Below, piece by piece: positions 13,101 through 28,100 of a DNA stretch of 64,000 nucleotides. Source of the DNA: Veleropilina oligotropha. Taxonomy: Eukaryota. The stretch is taken from NCBI GenBank assembly GCA_048128005.1, contig JBEUKZ010000131.1, positions 62,001 through 126,000 on the forward strand, read 5' to 3'. Each line of letters begins with the position of its first letter. Positions within the stretch are counted from its first letter, which is position 1. The translations under genes and the position numbers were made by a program. The notes beneath the pieces are model-generated. The model did not search any database, had not been told where the DNA came from, and saw nothing but the letters and a program-made list of their open reading frames with translations.

Positions 13101-16100
13101 CCCTTCAGATCCTATATGAACACCCTTCAGATCCTATATGAACACCCTTCAGATCCTATATGAACACCCTTCAGATCCTATATGAACACACTTCAGATCC
13201 TATATGAACACCCTTCAGATCCTATATGAATCCTATATTAACACCCTTCAGATCCTATATGAACACCCTTCAGATCCTATATGAACACCCTTCAGATCCT
13301 ATATGAACACCCTTCAGATCCTATATGAACACCCTTCAGATCCTATATGAACACCCTTCAGATCCTATATGAACACCCTTCAGATCCTATATGAACACCC
13401 TTCAGATCCTATATTAACACCCTTCAGATCCTATATGAACACCCTTCAGATCCTATATGAACACCCTTCAGATCCTATATGAACACCCTTCAGATCCTAT
13501 ATGAACACCCTTCAGATCCTATATGAACACCCTTCAGATCCTATATGAACACCCTTCAGATCCTATATGAACACCTTTCAGGTCCTATATGAACACCCTT
13601 CAGGTCCTATATGAACACCCTTCAGGTCCTATATGAACACCCTTCAGATCCTATATGAACACCCTTCAGATCCTATATGAACACCTTTCAGATCCTATAT
13701 GAACACCCTTCAGGTCCTATATGAACACCCTTCAGGTCCTATATGAACACCCTTCAGGTCCTATATGAACACCCTTCAGGTCCTATATGAACACCCTTCA
13801 GGTCCTATATGAACACCCTTCAGGTCCTATATGAACACCCTTCAGATCCTATATGAACACCCTTCAGATCCTATATGAACACCCTTCAGGTCCTATATGA
13901 ACACCCTTCAGATCCTATATGAACACCCTTCAGATCCTATATGAACACCCTTCAGATCCTATATTAACACCCTTCAGATCCTATATGAACACCCTTCAGG
14001 TCCTATATGAACACCCTTCAGATCCTATATGAACACCCTTCAGGTCTTATATGAACACCCTTCAGATCCTATATGAACACCCTTCAGGTCCTATATGAAC
14101 ACCCTTCAGATCCTATATGAACAGTTACACCCTTCATATCCTATATGAACACCCTTCATATCCTATATGAACACCCTTCAGATCCTATATGAACACCCTT
14201 CAGATCCTATATGAACACCCTTCAGATCCTATATGAACACCCTTCAGGTCCTATATGAACACCCTTCAGATCCTATATTAACACCCTTCAGATCCTATAT
14301 GAACACCCTTCAGGTCCTATATGAACACCCTTCAGATCCTATATGAACACCCTTCAGGTCCTATATGAACACCCTTCAGATCCTATATGAACAGTTACAC
14401 CCTTCAGATCCTATATGAACACCCTTCAGATCCTATATGAACACCCTTCAGATCCTATTTGAACACCCTTCAGATCCTATATGAACACCCTTCAGATCCT
14501 ATATGAACACCCTTCAGATCCTATATGAACACCCTTCAGGTCCTATATGAACACCCTTCAGATCCTATACGAACACCCTTCAGATCATATACGAACACCC
14601 TTCAGATCATATACGAACACCCTTCAGATCCTATACGAACACCCTTCAGATCCTATACGAACACCCTTCAGGTCCTATATGAACACCCTTCAGATCCTAT
14701 ATGAACACCCTTCAGATCCTATTTGAACACCCTTCAGGTCCTATATTAACACCCTTCATATCCTATATGAACACCCTTCAGATCCTATATTAACACCCTT
14801 CAGATCCTATATGAACACCCTTCAGATCCTATATGAACACCCTTCAGGTCCTATATGAACACCCTTCAGGTCCTATATGAACACCCTTCAGATCCTATAT
14901 GAACACCCTTCAGATCCTATATGAACACCCTTCAGATCCTATATGAACACCCTTCAGGTCCTATATGAACACCCTTCAGATCCTATATGAACACCCTTCA
15001 GATCCTATATGAACACCCTTCAGATCCTATATTAACACCCTTCAGGTCCTATATGAACACCCTTCAGATCCTATATTAACACCCTTCAGATCCTATATGA
15101 ACACCCTTCAGATCCTATATGAACACCCTTCAGGTCCTATATGAACACCCTTCAGGTCCTATATGAACACCCTTCAGATCCTATATGAACACCCTTCAGA
15201 TCCTATATGAACACCCTTCAGATCCTATATGAACACCCTTCAGGTCCTATATTAACACCCTTCAGATCCTATATGAACACCCTTCAGATCCTATATGAAC
15301 ACCCTTCAGATCCTATATGAACACCCTTCAGATCCTATATGAACACCCTTCAGGTCCTATATGAACACCCTTCAGGTCCTATATGAACACCCTTCAGATC
15401 CTATATGAACACCCTTCAGATCCTATATGAACACCCTTCAGATCCTATATGAACACCCTTCAGGTCCTATATGAACACCCTTCAGATCCTATATGAACAC
15501 CCTTCAGATCCTATATGAACACCCTTCAGATCCTATATTAACACCCTTCAGATCCTATATGAACACCCTTCAGATCCTATATTAACACCCTTCAGATCCT
15601 ATATGAACACCCTTCAGATCCTATATGAACACCCTTCAGATCCTATATGAACACCCTTCAGGTCCTATATGAACACCCTTCAGATCCTATATGAACACCC
15701 TTCAGATCCTATATGAACACCCTTCAGATCCTATATGAACACCCTTCAGATCCTATAAGAACACCCTTCAGATCCTATATTAACACCGTTCTGATCCTAT
15801 ATGAACACCCTTCAGATCCTATATGAACACCCTTCAGATCCTATATGAACACCCTTCAGATCCTATATGAACACCCTTCAGATCCTATATGAACACTCTT
15901 CAGGTCCTATATTAACACCCTTCAGATCCTATATGAACACCCTTCAGATCCCATATGAACACCCTTCAGATCCTATATGAACACCCTTCAGATCATATAT
16001 GAACACCCTTCAGGTCCTATATGAACACCCTTCAGGTCCTATATGAACACCCTTCAGATCCTATATGAACACCCTTCAGATCCTATATGAACACCCTTCA

Positions 16101-19100
16101 GATCCTATATGAACACCCTTCAGGTCCTATATGAACACCCTTCAGATCCTATATGAACACCCTTCAGATCCTATATGAACACCCTTCAGATCCTATATTA
16201 ACACCCTTCAGATCCTATATGAACACCCTTCAGATCCTATATGAACACCCTTCAGATCCTATATGAACACCCTTCAGATCCTATATGAACACCCTTCAGG
16301 TCCTATATGAACACCCTTCAGATCCTATATGAACACCCTTCAGATCCTATATGAACACCCTTCAGATCCTATATGAACACCCTTCAGATCCTATATTAAC
16401 ACCCTTCTGATCCTATATGAACACCCTTCAGATCCTATATGAACACCCTTCAGATCCTATATGAACACCCTTCAGATCCTATATGAACACCCTTCAGATC
16501 CTATATGAACACCCTTCAGATCCTATATGAACACCCTTCAGATCCTATATGAACACCCTTCAGATCCTATATGAACACCCTTCAGATCCTACATGAACAC
16601 CCTTCAGATCCTATATGAACACCCTTCAGATCCTATATGAACACCCTTCAGATCCTATATGAACACCCTTCAGATCCTATATTAACACCCTTCTGATCCT
16701 ATATGAACACCCTTCAGATCCTATATGAACACCCTTCAGATCCTATATGAACACCCTTCAGATCCTATATGAACACCCTTCAGATCCTATATGAACACCC
16801 TTCAGATCCTATATGAACACCCTTCAGATCCTATATGAACACCCTTCAGATCCTATATGAACACCCTTCAGATCCTATATTAACACCCTTCAGATCCTAT
16901 ATGAACACCCTTCAGATCCTATATGAACACCCTTCAGATCCTATATGAACACCCTTCTGATCCTATATGAACACCCTTCAGATCCTATATGAACACCCTT
17001 CAGATCCTATATGAACACCCTTCAGATCCTATATTAACACCCTTCAGATCCTATATTAACACCCTTCTGATCCTATATTAACACCCTTCAGATCCTATAT
17101 GAAAACCCTTCAGATCCTATATGAACACCCTTCAGATCCTATATGAACACCCTTCAGATCCTATATGAACACCCTTCAGATCCTATATGAACACCCTTCA
17201 GATCCTATATGAACACCCTTCAGATCCTATATGAACACCCTTCAGATCCTATATGAACACCCTTCAGGTCCTATATGAACACCCTTCAGATCCTATATGA
17301 ACACCCTTCAGATCCTATATGAACACCCTTCAGGTCCTATATGAACACCCTTCAGATCCTATATGAACACCCTTCAGATCCTATATGAACACCCTTCAGG
17401 GCTTGTCCATATTATTGCATGCCATTTATATATATATATTGGGGATAATGGTTTGTTCTTATGCAGTAGCTATCATCTAAGTATCAGTCTTTAGTCTTTA
17501 ATGTAAACCTCTAATAGTTAGTATGGCACATAATTGTAGCAGTTTTGTACAGTGCACCGCAGGCACAACAAATTTCACTTGACAAACCAAGAATACCATC
17601 CGATTATAAATGCATAATGAGGCGTCCACATACTCGACATCCTGAATTACAGGCCATTCATACATTATCCAATTATCCCTTGTTAAGCCATTTATTAAAT
17701 ACACTGGTGGCTATTGTGAGACTTAGTCCAACTCAGCATGGTCCAATGATCACCATGTTGATATTCGAAGATAGATACAACAGCAATTTTAGTGCATCAG
17801 AAATTAGTTGAAACTAGGTCTATCGAGACAAATTTAGGACATCATTATGTGGTATTTTATATACAAACTGAAACTTAAGCTGTCATTTGCGTTTTTTTCG
17901 TCACTCTTTTCTTACTGCATGGCTGTTGTGATTTTAGGTCATATATACCATATAAAAACAAACATTTACTGTAGAAGAAAGAGTAAAGTGAAAGCCAAAA
18001 TAAATTATAATAATATAGTTCTTTGAGATCTTATATTGCACAGTAATAACTATTTCCTATTTATGTATGATAAAATTAGTCGAGTAATGAAATATTTCTC
18101 AATAGTTTAAATATGGTAGTTCTGTGGTATCGAGTGCTGACTCTGAAATCACTGGCTTGATTTCGCTAACTAACTGGTGTGGGTTCGAATCTCAGCAGAG
18201 GCATTAACATTCTTTTTTCGAGTTTTCATTTGTTCGTAACTGGCCGGAGAAGGCGGGTTTTCCTGGTCGAGCCGGCCTTTCCTCCCGCAATATTATACCA
18301 ATGGACATGTCCTGCCTTGAACCTGATGGTTGTAAATATACAGGACATTAAGCATCAATCCATCTATCTATAGCCTTGACTAAGAATTTGTCTGTGGGAT
18401 TTTCACTGAATGCCTTATCCCCTGCCTGCATCCCCCTCCACAGTGCTTTCTGGTGCAACTATTTCTCACAGCACTAGCAACTGAGACCAATGGAAGCTGA
18501 AATGGGTTACAATAACACCAAGCAAACCTCCAACAGACAAATCAAGTCATGCCTTACTTAGTCTGCTTGAGAATACATCTCAAAGATGACCTATATGGTA
18601 GTTCTCAGTGTAAATATGTTTGTACGAGCCCAGACATGACCGCTTTATGAACAATATAATTATTGACCACTCATGTTAACCAGTATTGTCAGTGGTAATA
18701 GACCATGATCTCAATAGTCAGGTATGGCCTTTGAAGTCCAAAGGAATGCAGAGAAAACATGTGCATATACATCCAGCTGTTGGAAGGTTTGGAATTTTAT
18801 TCAAAAGTTTCTCATCAAAGCTAGAATGATAATCCCATAATAATCTAGATAGTCAAAAATAAATTTCTTAAATAGAAAGCTCTCCCAGAATGCAGAACTC
18901 CATCATGGCTGCACAGACATCAATTTCGGACAACCACCAAACTCTCAGCCAATGGTCGACCTGTTCCCAAACTCTCAGCCAATGGTCGACCTGTTCCCAA
19001 ACTCTCAGCCAATGGTCGACCTGTTCCCAAACTCTCAGCCAATGGTCGACCTGTTCCCAAACTCTCAGCCAATGGTCGACCTGTTCCCAAACTCTCAGCC

Positions 19101-22100
19101 AATGGTCGACCTGTTCCCAAACTCTCAGCCAATGGTCGACCTGTTCCCAAGCTCTCAGCCAATGGTCGACCTGTTCCCAAACTCTCAGCCAATGGTCGAC
19201 CTGTTCCCAAACTCTCAGCCAATGGTCGACCTGTTCCCAAGCTCTCAGCCAATGGTCGACCTGTTCCCAAACTCTCAGCCAATGGTCGACCTGTTCCCAA
19301 ACTCTCAGCCAATGGTTGACCTGTTCCCAAACTCTCAGCCAATGGTCGACCTGTTCCCAAACTCTCAGCCAATGGTCGATCTGTTCCCAAAATCATGATC
19401 AATCAATAACTTTCTTACAAAATTTCCTACTTTGAGTTTGAATGACCACCAAATTGTAATTAATTCATTCTTAGCCAAAAGACAACTCATATATTTACAA
19501 AATTTCATCAAAGTCGTCAATAACATTTTGAATAATTAATGCTATTGACAAGCTCACAAATAAATTAAGAAATAAATAAATGCCAACCATCAGAGTTACT
19601 TTCTAGTTATGTTCAGTTATAGTCGTTCAGTATTTATATCTGTGCTGTTTGACAGCCTTGATATATTGGGTAGTGCACTTTACAAGTGTCTGTGGCACTC
19701 TGGATGCATGGGCACACCAAATTTATTGTTTTAAAAATAAATTGTTTTGCATGAGGAAATAAGATTGAATTTATTCCTAGAAGTGGTCTGAATTTTTTTT
19801 AAAGTCAACCATGTTTTACACCATCTTTGAAATCTTGCATCAATGTGCAATGAGTCAATGATGCATCCCTTGACTATGTTGTGAAATTTAACCCTGTTTT
19901 AATTCCTATGATATGTGCCAGCTTCCCTGCACCTGTTCACTTCTCCAGGATCAGTGGGTATTCTCAAGCCCCTCCATGATGAGTATCTGGAGTAGCTGCC
20001 TCATCACCCGTAACCCAACACCAGCGGCACCCAGTCTCAGATTCTGCGCTATATTTAGACCTTCCAGGAATGCTTTAAGATGTTGCCCTGTCAATGCTAT
20101 CACTGGCCAGGCTATATATAGAAGCATCTGATGAGTTGTCAGACAGTGTTGATGCTGGATTGGTCATAGGAAAATATATACAGATGCATTTTGCTTTGGT
20201 TGTAATATTTGTTAATACTGTAGCTACTGAGATATATATGTGAAAATCTACATACTTTAATTTTGATTTGTGAATGAAATTAAATATGACCTAGTTTTAT
20301 TCGTAAAAGTGTTGCATATTAAACTGACAGTTATCAAAAAAATCATATTGACAATTTTGTTTAAGCAATTCCAACATATTTCTAATAATAAAAACTTACT
20401 ATTAAAATTATTTTTACTTGTGAAGATGTTTTATAGACATTTTTGCCCATCTTACCAAGATTTTGTGCTAGAATAGTAGATTACAAGTATACAAACCTGT
20501 TCATAGAGTTTGCAGTAAACTCAGAGACTAAAGCAAAACGACTCTTCTAATTAACACATCCTAATGACCAAAACACTTCATGAAGTATATGTCTTAACCC
20601 TATCATAAATGTTGTGCATGAATGGTGATTAGCATGCATGTGTATTGATTATATTGAATCCAATGACCTGGCATACTATATTGGTTCAATTTCTGACATA
20701 TATGATAGATAATATCACACAAATCCATAAAAAATTGCGGCTCATTTAATACTAGTGGCTAACATTTTGCAGCACAATATGATTGTAGATATAAAACAGG
20801 ACAATGAGGACATGACAAACAAACACATATAAAACAGATTCTGTATTCAGTTATCATCAGTGATAGCTGATAATTGGATTATACATCCCTTATTGTTCCT
20901 AATGCATTCGTATTTCAGAGCATTGAGCGGATTCATGTCCGTACCTGCGGATTTCGTGTCATGCTATTGTTGTCCGTGTTTGTTCTTTCTGAGAAACGCG
21001 TGGATCCACGTGCGGGTCAGTTTGCCGGTTTCGTGTCATGCAGACCCTGCGTCTGGTTTTTGTCCTTTCAGAGCACCGAGTGGATCCGAGTGCAGATCTG
21101 GTGTTTGTTTGTCCTTTCAGAGCAGCAAATGGGTCATATTGTGGATCTCTGTGAGGGTTTCGTGTCATGCTAATGCCTCTGGTTTTTTCCTTTCAGAGCA
21201 GCGAATGGATCCGCGTCAGGGTCCATCAGATGGAGCCAGACCTTATGGAGGTCGGTGCCTCATTCGAGGAAGCCACCCAGCTCTGCAAGGAGCACGAGGA
21301 GCTCATGGCCAAACTACAGGTAGGTCATTAGATGGCACCGTTCACATGACACTACAGGTAGGTCATTAGATGGCACCGTTCACATGAAACTACCGGTAGG
21401 TAATTAGATGGCACCGTTCACATCAAACTACAGGTAGGTCATTAGATGGCACCGTTCACATCAAATTAAGGGCCCTAAAAGTTCAGTATGTTAGCTACCC
21501 ATGTGAAACTTTCTAGTTACGGGGGAGGGATAGGTGTTATACAGTAACATTATAGCGGGCTGTGGAGATATGGCCACTGTTTGTCATGGTTACATTTTTG
21601 TGAGGGGCATATGTTGTGCTCATGGCCAAACTACAGGTAGTTAATTAGATGCCACCTTTCACATCAAACTAAGGGCCTTGGTATGTTAGCTACCCATGTG
21701 ATAATTTCTAGTTACGGGGGTGGGGTGAAGTGATGGTGAGTGTTATGTAGTATAGTGGTTTTGATGATGGACGATGATATCATTATAGACCTGCATTACA
21801 TTCAGGCCGCTTCGGCAGCGCAGTGGGTAGAGTGTCCACTCTAACTTCACTGGCTTGATTCCGCTAATGCGAACAGTAGTGGGTTCAATACCTGGCAGAC
21901 CGTGACTGGCCGAAGAGGGCGGGTTTACCTGGGCGACCTGGGTTTCCTCCCGCGATAACACGGACATGTCCTGCCTTGAACCTCGATGTTGTAAATATAC
22001 AGGATATTAAGCATCATTCCTCCCCCCCCCCCCCCCCCCCCCCGCATTACATTCTCATGTATGTCAAACATTTTTCCCAGACAGGCCATCTACAATGCAT

Positions 22101-25100
22101 ACTTAGCAACCAACTTTGGCATGTTCCATGATACTAACTGAAAGTTGCTATGTTTTTATTGACACAAACATTCAAGATGATTTCTAATGTCCAGTTGATG
22201 AGTATACATTCCACAATGATATAACCGTGCACCATAACTTATATATAGATCTATCACTGTGTCTGTTGAATAGCAGATGTCAAAATGTTTCATCCATACT
22301 AACTAATATTGCTACTCTGCCCAGGATCTTTCTGAGATTGATGATCTTCCACTTCTGGTTTCCATCTATTTACATTCAAGTATACAGATCCCAGATGCAG
22401 GAAGGTTTGCTATTGTAAAGCGTGGTTCTTTTAATTTCCGGGTATTTAGTAGGTTTGCCAAAAAATAGATAGTTTTCATCTTGAAAATCTAACCACTTGT
22501 TCCAGGGACTCTTAACCAAAACCACCTGCTGCTTCCACTTTAATTTATATTTATTGCACGAGGAAGTGGTCTAGACAAAACATGTCTTTCAGTATTTTTT
22601 CTCAGTAACTTTGAATCAGATGAGGATAAGCCAAACATCAAAGTTCTTTCAGCAAAACAATTACCTTTAGGAGCACTCTATAATATATTCTGGCTTCTGT
22701 CAGGTATCTAGGACTAGAAGAAGGTATTTGTGGCAGCAGGAAAAAAGTACATAGCATGAAGGTTGCTGCCAATTTGTTGACAGAATTCCAGAGGCACTGA
22801 GCCATGTTACTTGATGAAGGGAGCATCAGGTCTGCAGCCATATTGGGTTACTATGGAAACAAGGGTAGCAGTAATGAATTAGGTAACCATCAGCAGCTGA
22901 CAGTAGTATAACACTGTCTGACATGAGCTGAGAGGGGTGAGATCAGAGAATGATGGAAATAGACATATGATGGATGCAACATGAGGAGGGACATCAAGCA
23001 GTGGTCATCAGATGATCAAAGTAATACTCATTTATGATTGGGTATCAAATCTATTATTGACTATGGACTATTTATGGTCATCCAGTGGTCAATGAACCAT
23101 TTCTAAGTCTTTTGTGTCCTTTTGGCAGTACAGTATTTGTAATCCTCTTCATATATCATGTATCATTTTCATTTGACAGTTTCGTAAGATGTAGGAATTG
23201 TTAGGCAATGAGCAAGAAATTGCAGATCTATGACTGTTTCTGTGTCGAAAATGGTCGTGCATTTAAAATGCAGTAATGCAGTTCCATATATAGCTTGTCA
23301 CATCCATTGCACACATGCTCATTTTATTTCCAAATTTTGTGAATTTCGACCAGTCATCTCGACTGCAGCGTGTATGTGCGTGGTGTCTTCTGGCTGTTTC
23401 GATTGTCGGATGCAGCGAACTCAAATTTATATTTTGGTGTACTCTATTCCCGTATGTGATAAATGAATGACAATTAAATTTAACTCGCAGTAACCTGATT
23501 TGGTTTTACATTAGACCTGGGGCAAATCAAGGATTTACTAAATAGTGGCTATTGGGTTATTGAACAAGATGACCTTTAAAATTGAAGACACTCGGGATAA
23601 TATTTCCCCTACCCTAGGGTTTATGATTCATGAACATCTGCAGTCTGGCAGTGTTTATGCTCTCTGGCTGCTTCTCATCAGCAGATCAAGTTTTGATTGA
23701 CAGCTTTTGATCAACTGCTCATTAATTAAGTAGAAGTCCATCATCTGTGTCTAATTAACAGCCTTCGATTTTAACGTAGTCCATATGGTATTGCAAGAAG
23801 ATGTAAGGTGCCTGACTGCCAGACCATTATCCTTTTGATGGTTATTTCTGGATAATTCTAGTCTGAGCAAAGCAGCAAATTAGTACCCGCTCTTTGTCGT
23901 ATGGCGTGGAAGTGAAACAGATTATAGTTTTTTATTTCCTCTTGACTTTGTAATCATTTATTATGCCACCACCAATTTATTGGGGTGGCGTTTAGATTTA
24001 CTCTTGTCCGTCCCGTCCGTCCGTCCCGTCCGTCCGTCCCGTCCCGTCCCGTCCGTCCCGAAACCAGTATTTGCGTGTAAGCAACTCCAATCTGCTATAA
24101 CTTCTATTTGCCTTCATGGATTGACTTCATACTTTGTACACTGCCCCTATGGTCAAGGCTGCCAGTGGGGGCATTCGTGTCCGATGGACATATTTCTAGT
24201 TTTATTTGTGTGTCAATAAAACAATCAAACAGTCCATTTTCCAAGAAATGTACAGAAATATTATAATTATACAAACGTGCGATCCGGCAATATGTGCATG
24301 TGAGATTGTGCAATTATGCATAATAATTGCCTGCATCAATTTGTGCTGGCAGTGAATTCGGGAGCATGTCAGCTAGACTGTATGATATGCAGTCCAAAAA
24401 TGATACATAGGGTGTGATTAATGGGTGCAATGGTTACTTTGCAGTAATAGACTGACTGTAAAAGAGGAAAGTCCACACCATTTTCAATTTTGTGTTGGAT
24501 ATTTTCATTTCGATTTAATGGTTCATGCAGTAAAACAGATTTCTCCCGTCATATATGTTGCAGACAAAATTTGTGTGGTCAGATGTGTACAGTAAACCAG
24601 TGTCTCGATTGCGGTATGACTTAGAAATGATATGTTTTCTTTGCTCTGTGCAAATAATGTTGGGTGAAATTGCTGATCCAATCTTCAAGATTCCATCTAT
24701 TCCATTTTCTCATATCTTTCGCATGAACCTTCATTCCGATACATGTATATATCTTGACTGGCCATTGCTCTCCTCTATGTGATCTGGTAAATATCCAGCG
24801 AGATCACCTGCTCCCACAGTCTATGATATGAAATAGAACTGCAAAAATTTGAGATTTGCACGACTGAGTGTGTGTCTGTCTTGTGTTTGACCGAGATTTT
24901 CCCCTCAAAATACCAACCTCGCTTCTGGTCTGGAATCACCCCATATGGACTGCAAGTGCGCCATGTTTCTTTGGATAACATTTCAATCTGTCTACAGCTC
25001 ACAGTAGATAGCAGATTTCAGCAGACAAAAATAGGATCAAAATGTTAACACATGCCAAGAGAACACGGTCTCTCCCACTAGTTGAAATGCCAAGGCATTT

Positions 25101-28100
25101 CGAAGAAATAAAACATCCACGTTATTTAGTGAAGCTATTATCAAGCCAAATGCCACAGATTTTGATCATATGTTATTGTATATTGTTTTCCTATTGCAAT
25201 TACACTTAATACATAAATGCATTCTGCTTTAATTGATGGTTAAAGCTGAGTATGTCATGACTCCGCAAAATACATGTAATATGAAATGTATATACGCAAG
25301 CACATAAATATGTACTTATTTTCAATGGTCCGGGGATAGTATGGTTTAGTCAGTGTTCAGCCACCACAGAGATTTCTTGTGTGCGCTCTAGTGTGAAAAG
25401 TTAGAATCCGAAATCATTCAAATTGGATATGCACGTTAGTTATGATGATGACATGCCGCCTAACGATTTTGGTCATTTTAGGACTAGACATTTTGTTTGG
25501 TGAGATTTCTGGTGCATGCTCTACAGTGAAAAATGTTAATCCGATTTTGATTCAAATTAGGTATGCGGGTTAGTTTTGATGAGGACACGCCGCCTAACGA
25601 TTTTCTTCATTTTCGGATTCAAGATTGCCACCGTGGTGGCCATTTTCTTTGGAGAGATTTCTTGTGCGCGCTCTACAGGGAAAAATTCGAATCAACCGAT
25701 TTTCGTCGATTTCGGTTTAAAATTGGGCTTCCAATGAGAGGGGATACATCCCCTCGACTCGAGAATTCTATAGTTGACTATTAATATTATGAATACATTG
25801 GAATTTTATGATTTTATCAGTGTCTCCAATGGTATTTGATATGCCCCCTGCTCGACTTTAGTCGGACAGGGGGCATTATGCTTTTGGTCCGTCCGTAACA
25901 GATTGAACTCACCTATATCTTTCGATGTTAATGATGAGCGATCTTCTTCAAACTTAATATGCTATTAGATATAAGTATGAACTATCATCATATATTGAAT
26001 GAAAATAATTATTTTTTACTACATTTTTTAACGTTAGTCTCTGGAGCTTCATTTCTGATCTCATGCTATAAGAAACTCGCCTACATTTTTCGATGTTCAT
26101 CAATAACCATCTTCTTCAAACTTCGTAAGCTATCATATATAAGTATGAACTATCATGAGTTCGAATGTTGAATGAAAATATTTATTATTTACTACATTTT
26201 ATACGTTTTTGAACATAGTGTCTGGAGCATTATTTATGATCCCATGCTATAAGTACTCGCCTATCTTTTTTTATGTTAATCAATAGCCACCTTCTTTAAA
26301 CTTTATATGCTATTATTTATAAGTATGAACTATCATGAGTTCGAATGTTGAAAGAAAATATTTATTTTTTACTACATTTTTACGTTTTTGAACATAGTCT
26401 CTGAAGCTTCATTTATGATCTCATACTAGAAGAAACTCATCGATCTTTTTTCACGTTAATCAATAGCCACCTTCTTCAAACTTCATAATTATGCTATTAT
26501 ATATAAGTATGAACTATCATGAGTTCGAATGTTGAATGAAAATATTTATTTTTTACTACATATTTTACGTTTTTAACATAGTCTCTGGGGCTTCATGTGT
26601 GATCTCATGCTAAAAGAAACTCACCTATCTTTTTCGATGTTAATCAATAGCCACCTTCTTCAAAGTTCATATGCAATTATATATAAGTATGAACTATCAT
26701 GAGTTTGAATATTGAATGAAAACGTGTATTTTTTACCACATCTTTCGCATTTTTGGACATAGTTTCTGTGGCTTCATTTCTTATCTCATACTATAAGAAA
26801 CTCACCTATTTTTTTTATGTTATTCAAGAGCCATCTCATTCAAACTTGATAAGCTATTAGATATATGTATGAACTATCATGAGTTCGAATATTGAATGAA
26901 AAAATGTATTTTTACCACATTTTTTACGTTTTAGAACATAGTCTCTGGAACTTCATATCTCAATTCATGCTATAAGAAACTCACCTACCTTTTTCGATGT
27001 TAGTCAATAGCCATCTTCTTCAAACTTCATAAGCTATTATGTATATTTAAGTACTAGCGGGTACTGTTAACGGGTGATTTTGATAAAATCCCCCATTTCC
27101 CCCCAACTTTACCCCTCACATTTATTGCTCCCCTTTTCTCCCCCCATTTTGCACCCCCCCAATTCCCACCACACACACTCTTTACCCCCCATCTTCCCCC
27201 CCCACACTTTACCCCCCTCCATTTCTTGCCCCCTCATTTGTCCTCCCCCCCACTTTCCCCCTCCATTTCTCTGCCCCCACTTTGCTCCCCCTCCACTTTT
27301 ACCTCCCCATTTCCCCCCCCCCCAACTTAGAGGGGATACCTCAGCGGCTTTTGTTCAAATCTTCTCGATGCGAATTTACATTGAGGTGGAACTATCCGTT
27401 ATATACAATAGCTTCCAATGCAGCCATTCACACTAAAATAATGCTGTGATTGAAACTATTATCTAATAATTGTAATACTTGATGCCGCATTTTAACTTGC
27501 TAATCATCAAATGAGTAGGGGATAAATACGCACAATATCCCATTTGTAGTTTTCTTTTATGCTCAGCAGAATGATTGAAAAAACGACATCATATTTTTCC
27601 TTTTATAATGTTCATGCATGAACAGATATAGTGATGAAGCATCAATGGCTTGAACATATACCGGGGGGCATCTGCATTGTCGGTAAACACATTTCTAGTT
27701 TGAAATGTTTTAGAATAAAGTGGTGATGGATTTAATTTTGAGTTTTTGATCCATTAATGCAACCAGTTATGTTATCGTGGTATCTGTATTATTTTAATTA
27801 TCTGTCTTAAATTACAGTACATGAATTTTTATGTCGTATATGTTAAATTTTATGACCTTGGAAATAAATATGAATCGACAAATACTTAATATATTGTCCA
27901 GAATTGAGAACTGGACTTATTGATATTATCTTATATTTAAACTGCAATCTCTTTCTCTCTCTTTCACGCTGATGGGAGATAACTCTAGTGATACTAAAGC
28001 TTGAATGTATGCATGAAAATCGTGATCGTCCAACTTTCCAATATCGTCATATCTTTATCGTTATCACTATTCCGCAAAAGTGTAAAGATAAAAGGACATG

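Noticed and set aside
18115..18205. tRNA gene
   Set aside because: Only degenerate A/B boxes with no convincing cloverleaf; continues into a body shared with the 21805 SINE.
18890..19435. ORFs of 148-181 aa in three frames
   Set aside because: By-product of a stop-poor 30-bp tandem repeat; no splice or domain support.
20860..21369. 169-aa ORF overlapping exon 2
   Set aside because: Different frame from the CCDC141-like exon; built from echo repeats.
27074..27436. Proline-rich 120-aa ORF as a possible PEVK exon
   Set aside because: Low-complexity C runs inside a repeat element; exons 2 and 3 join directly as one spectrin repeat.
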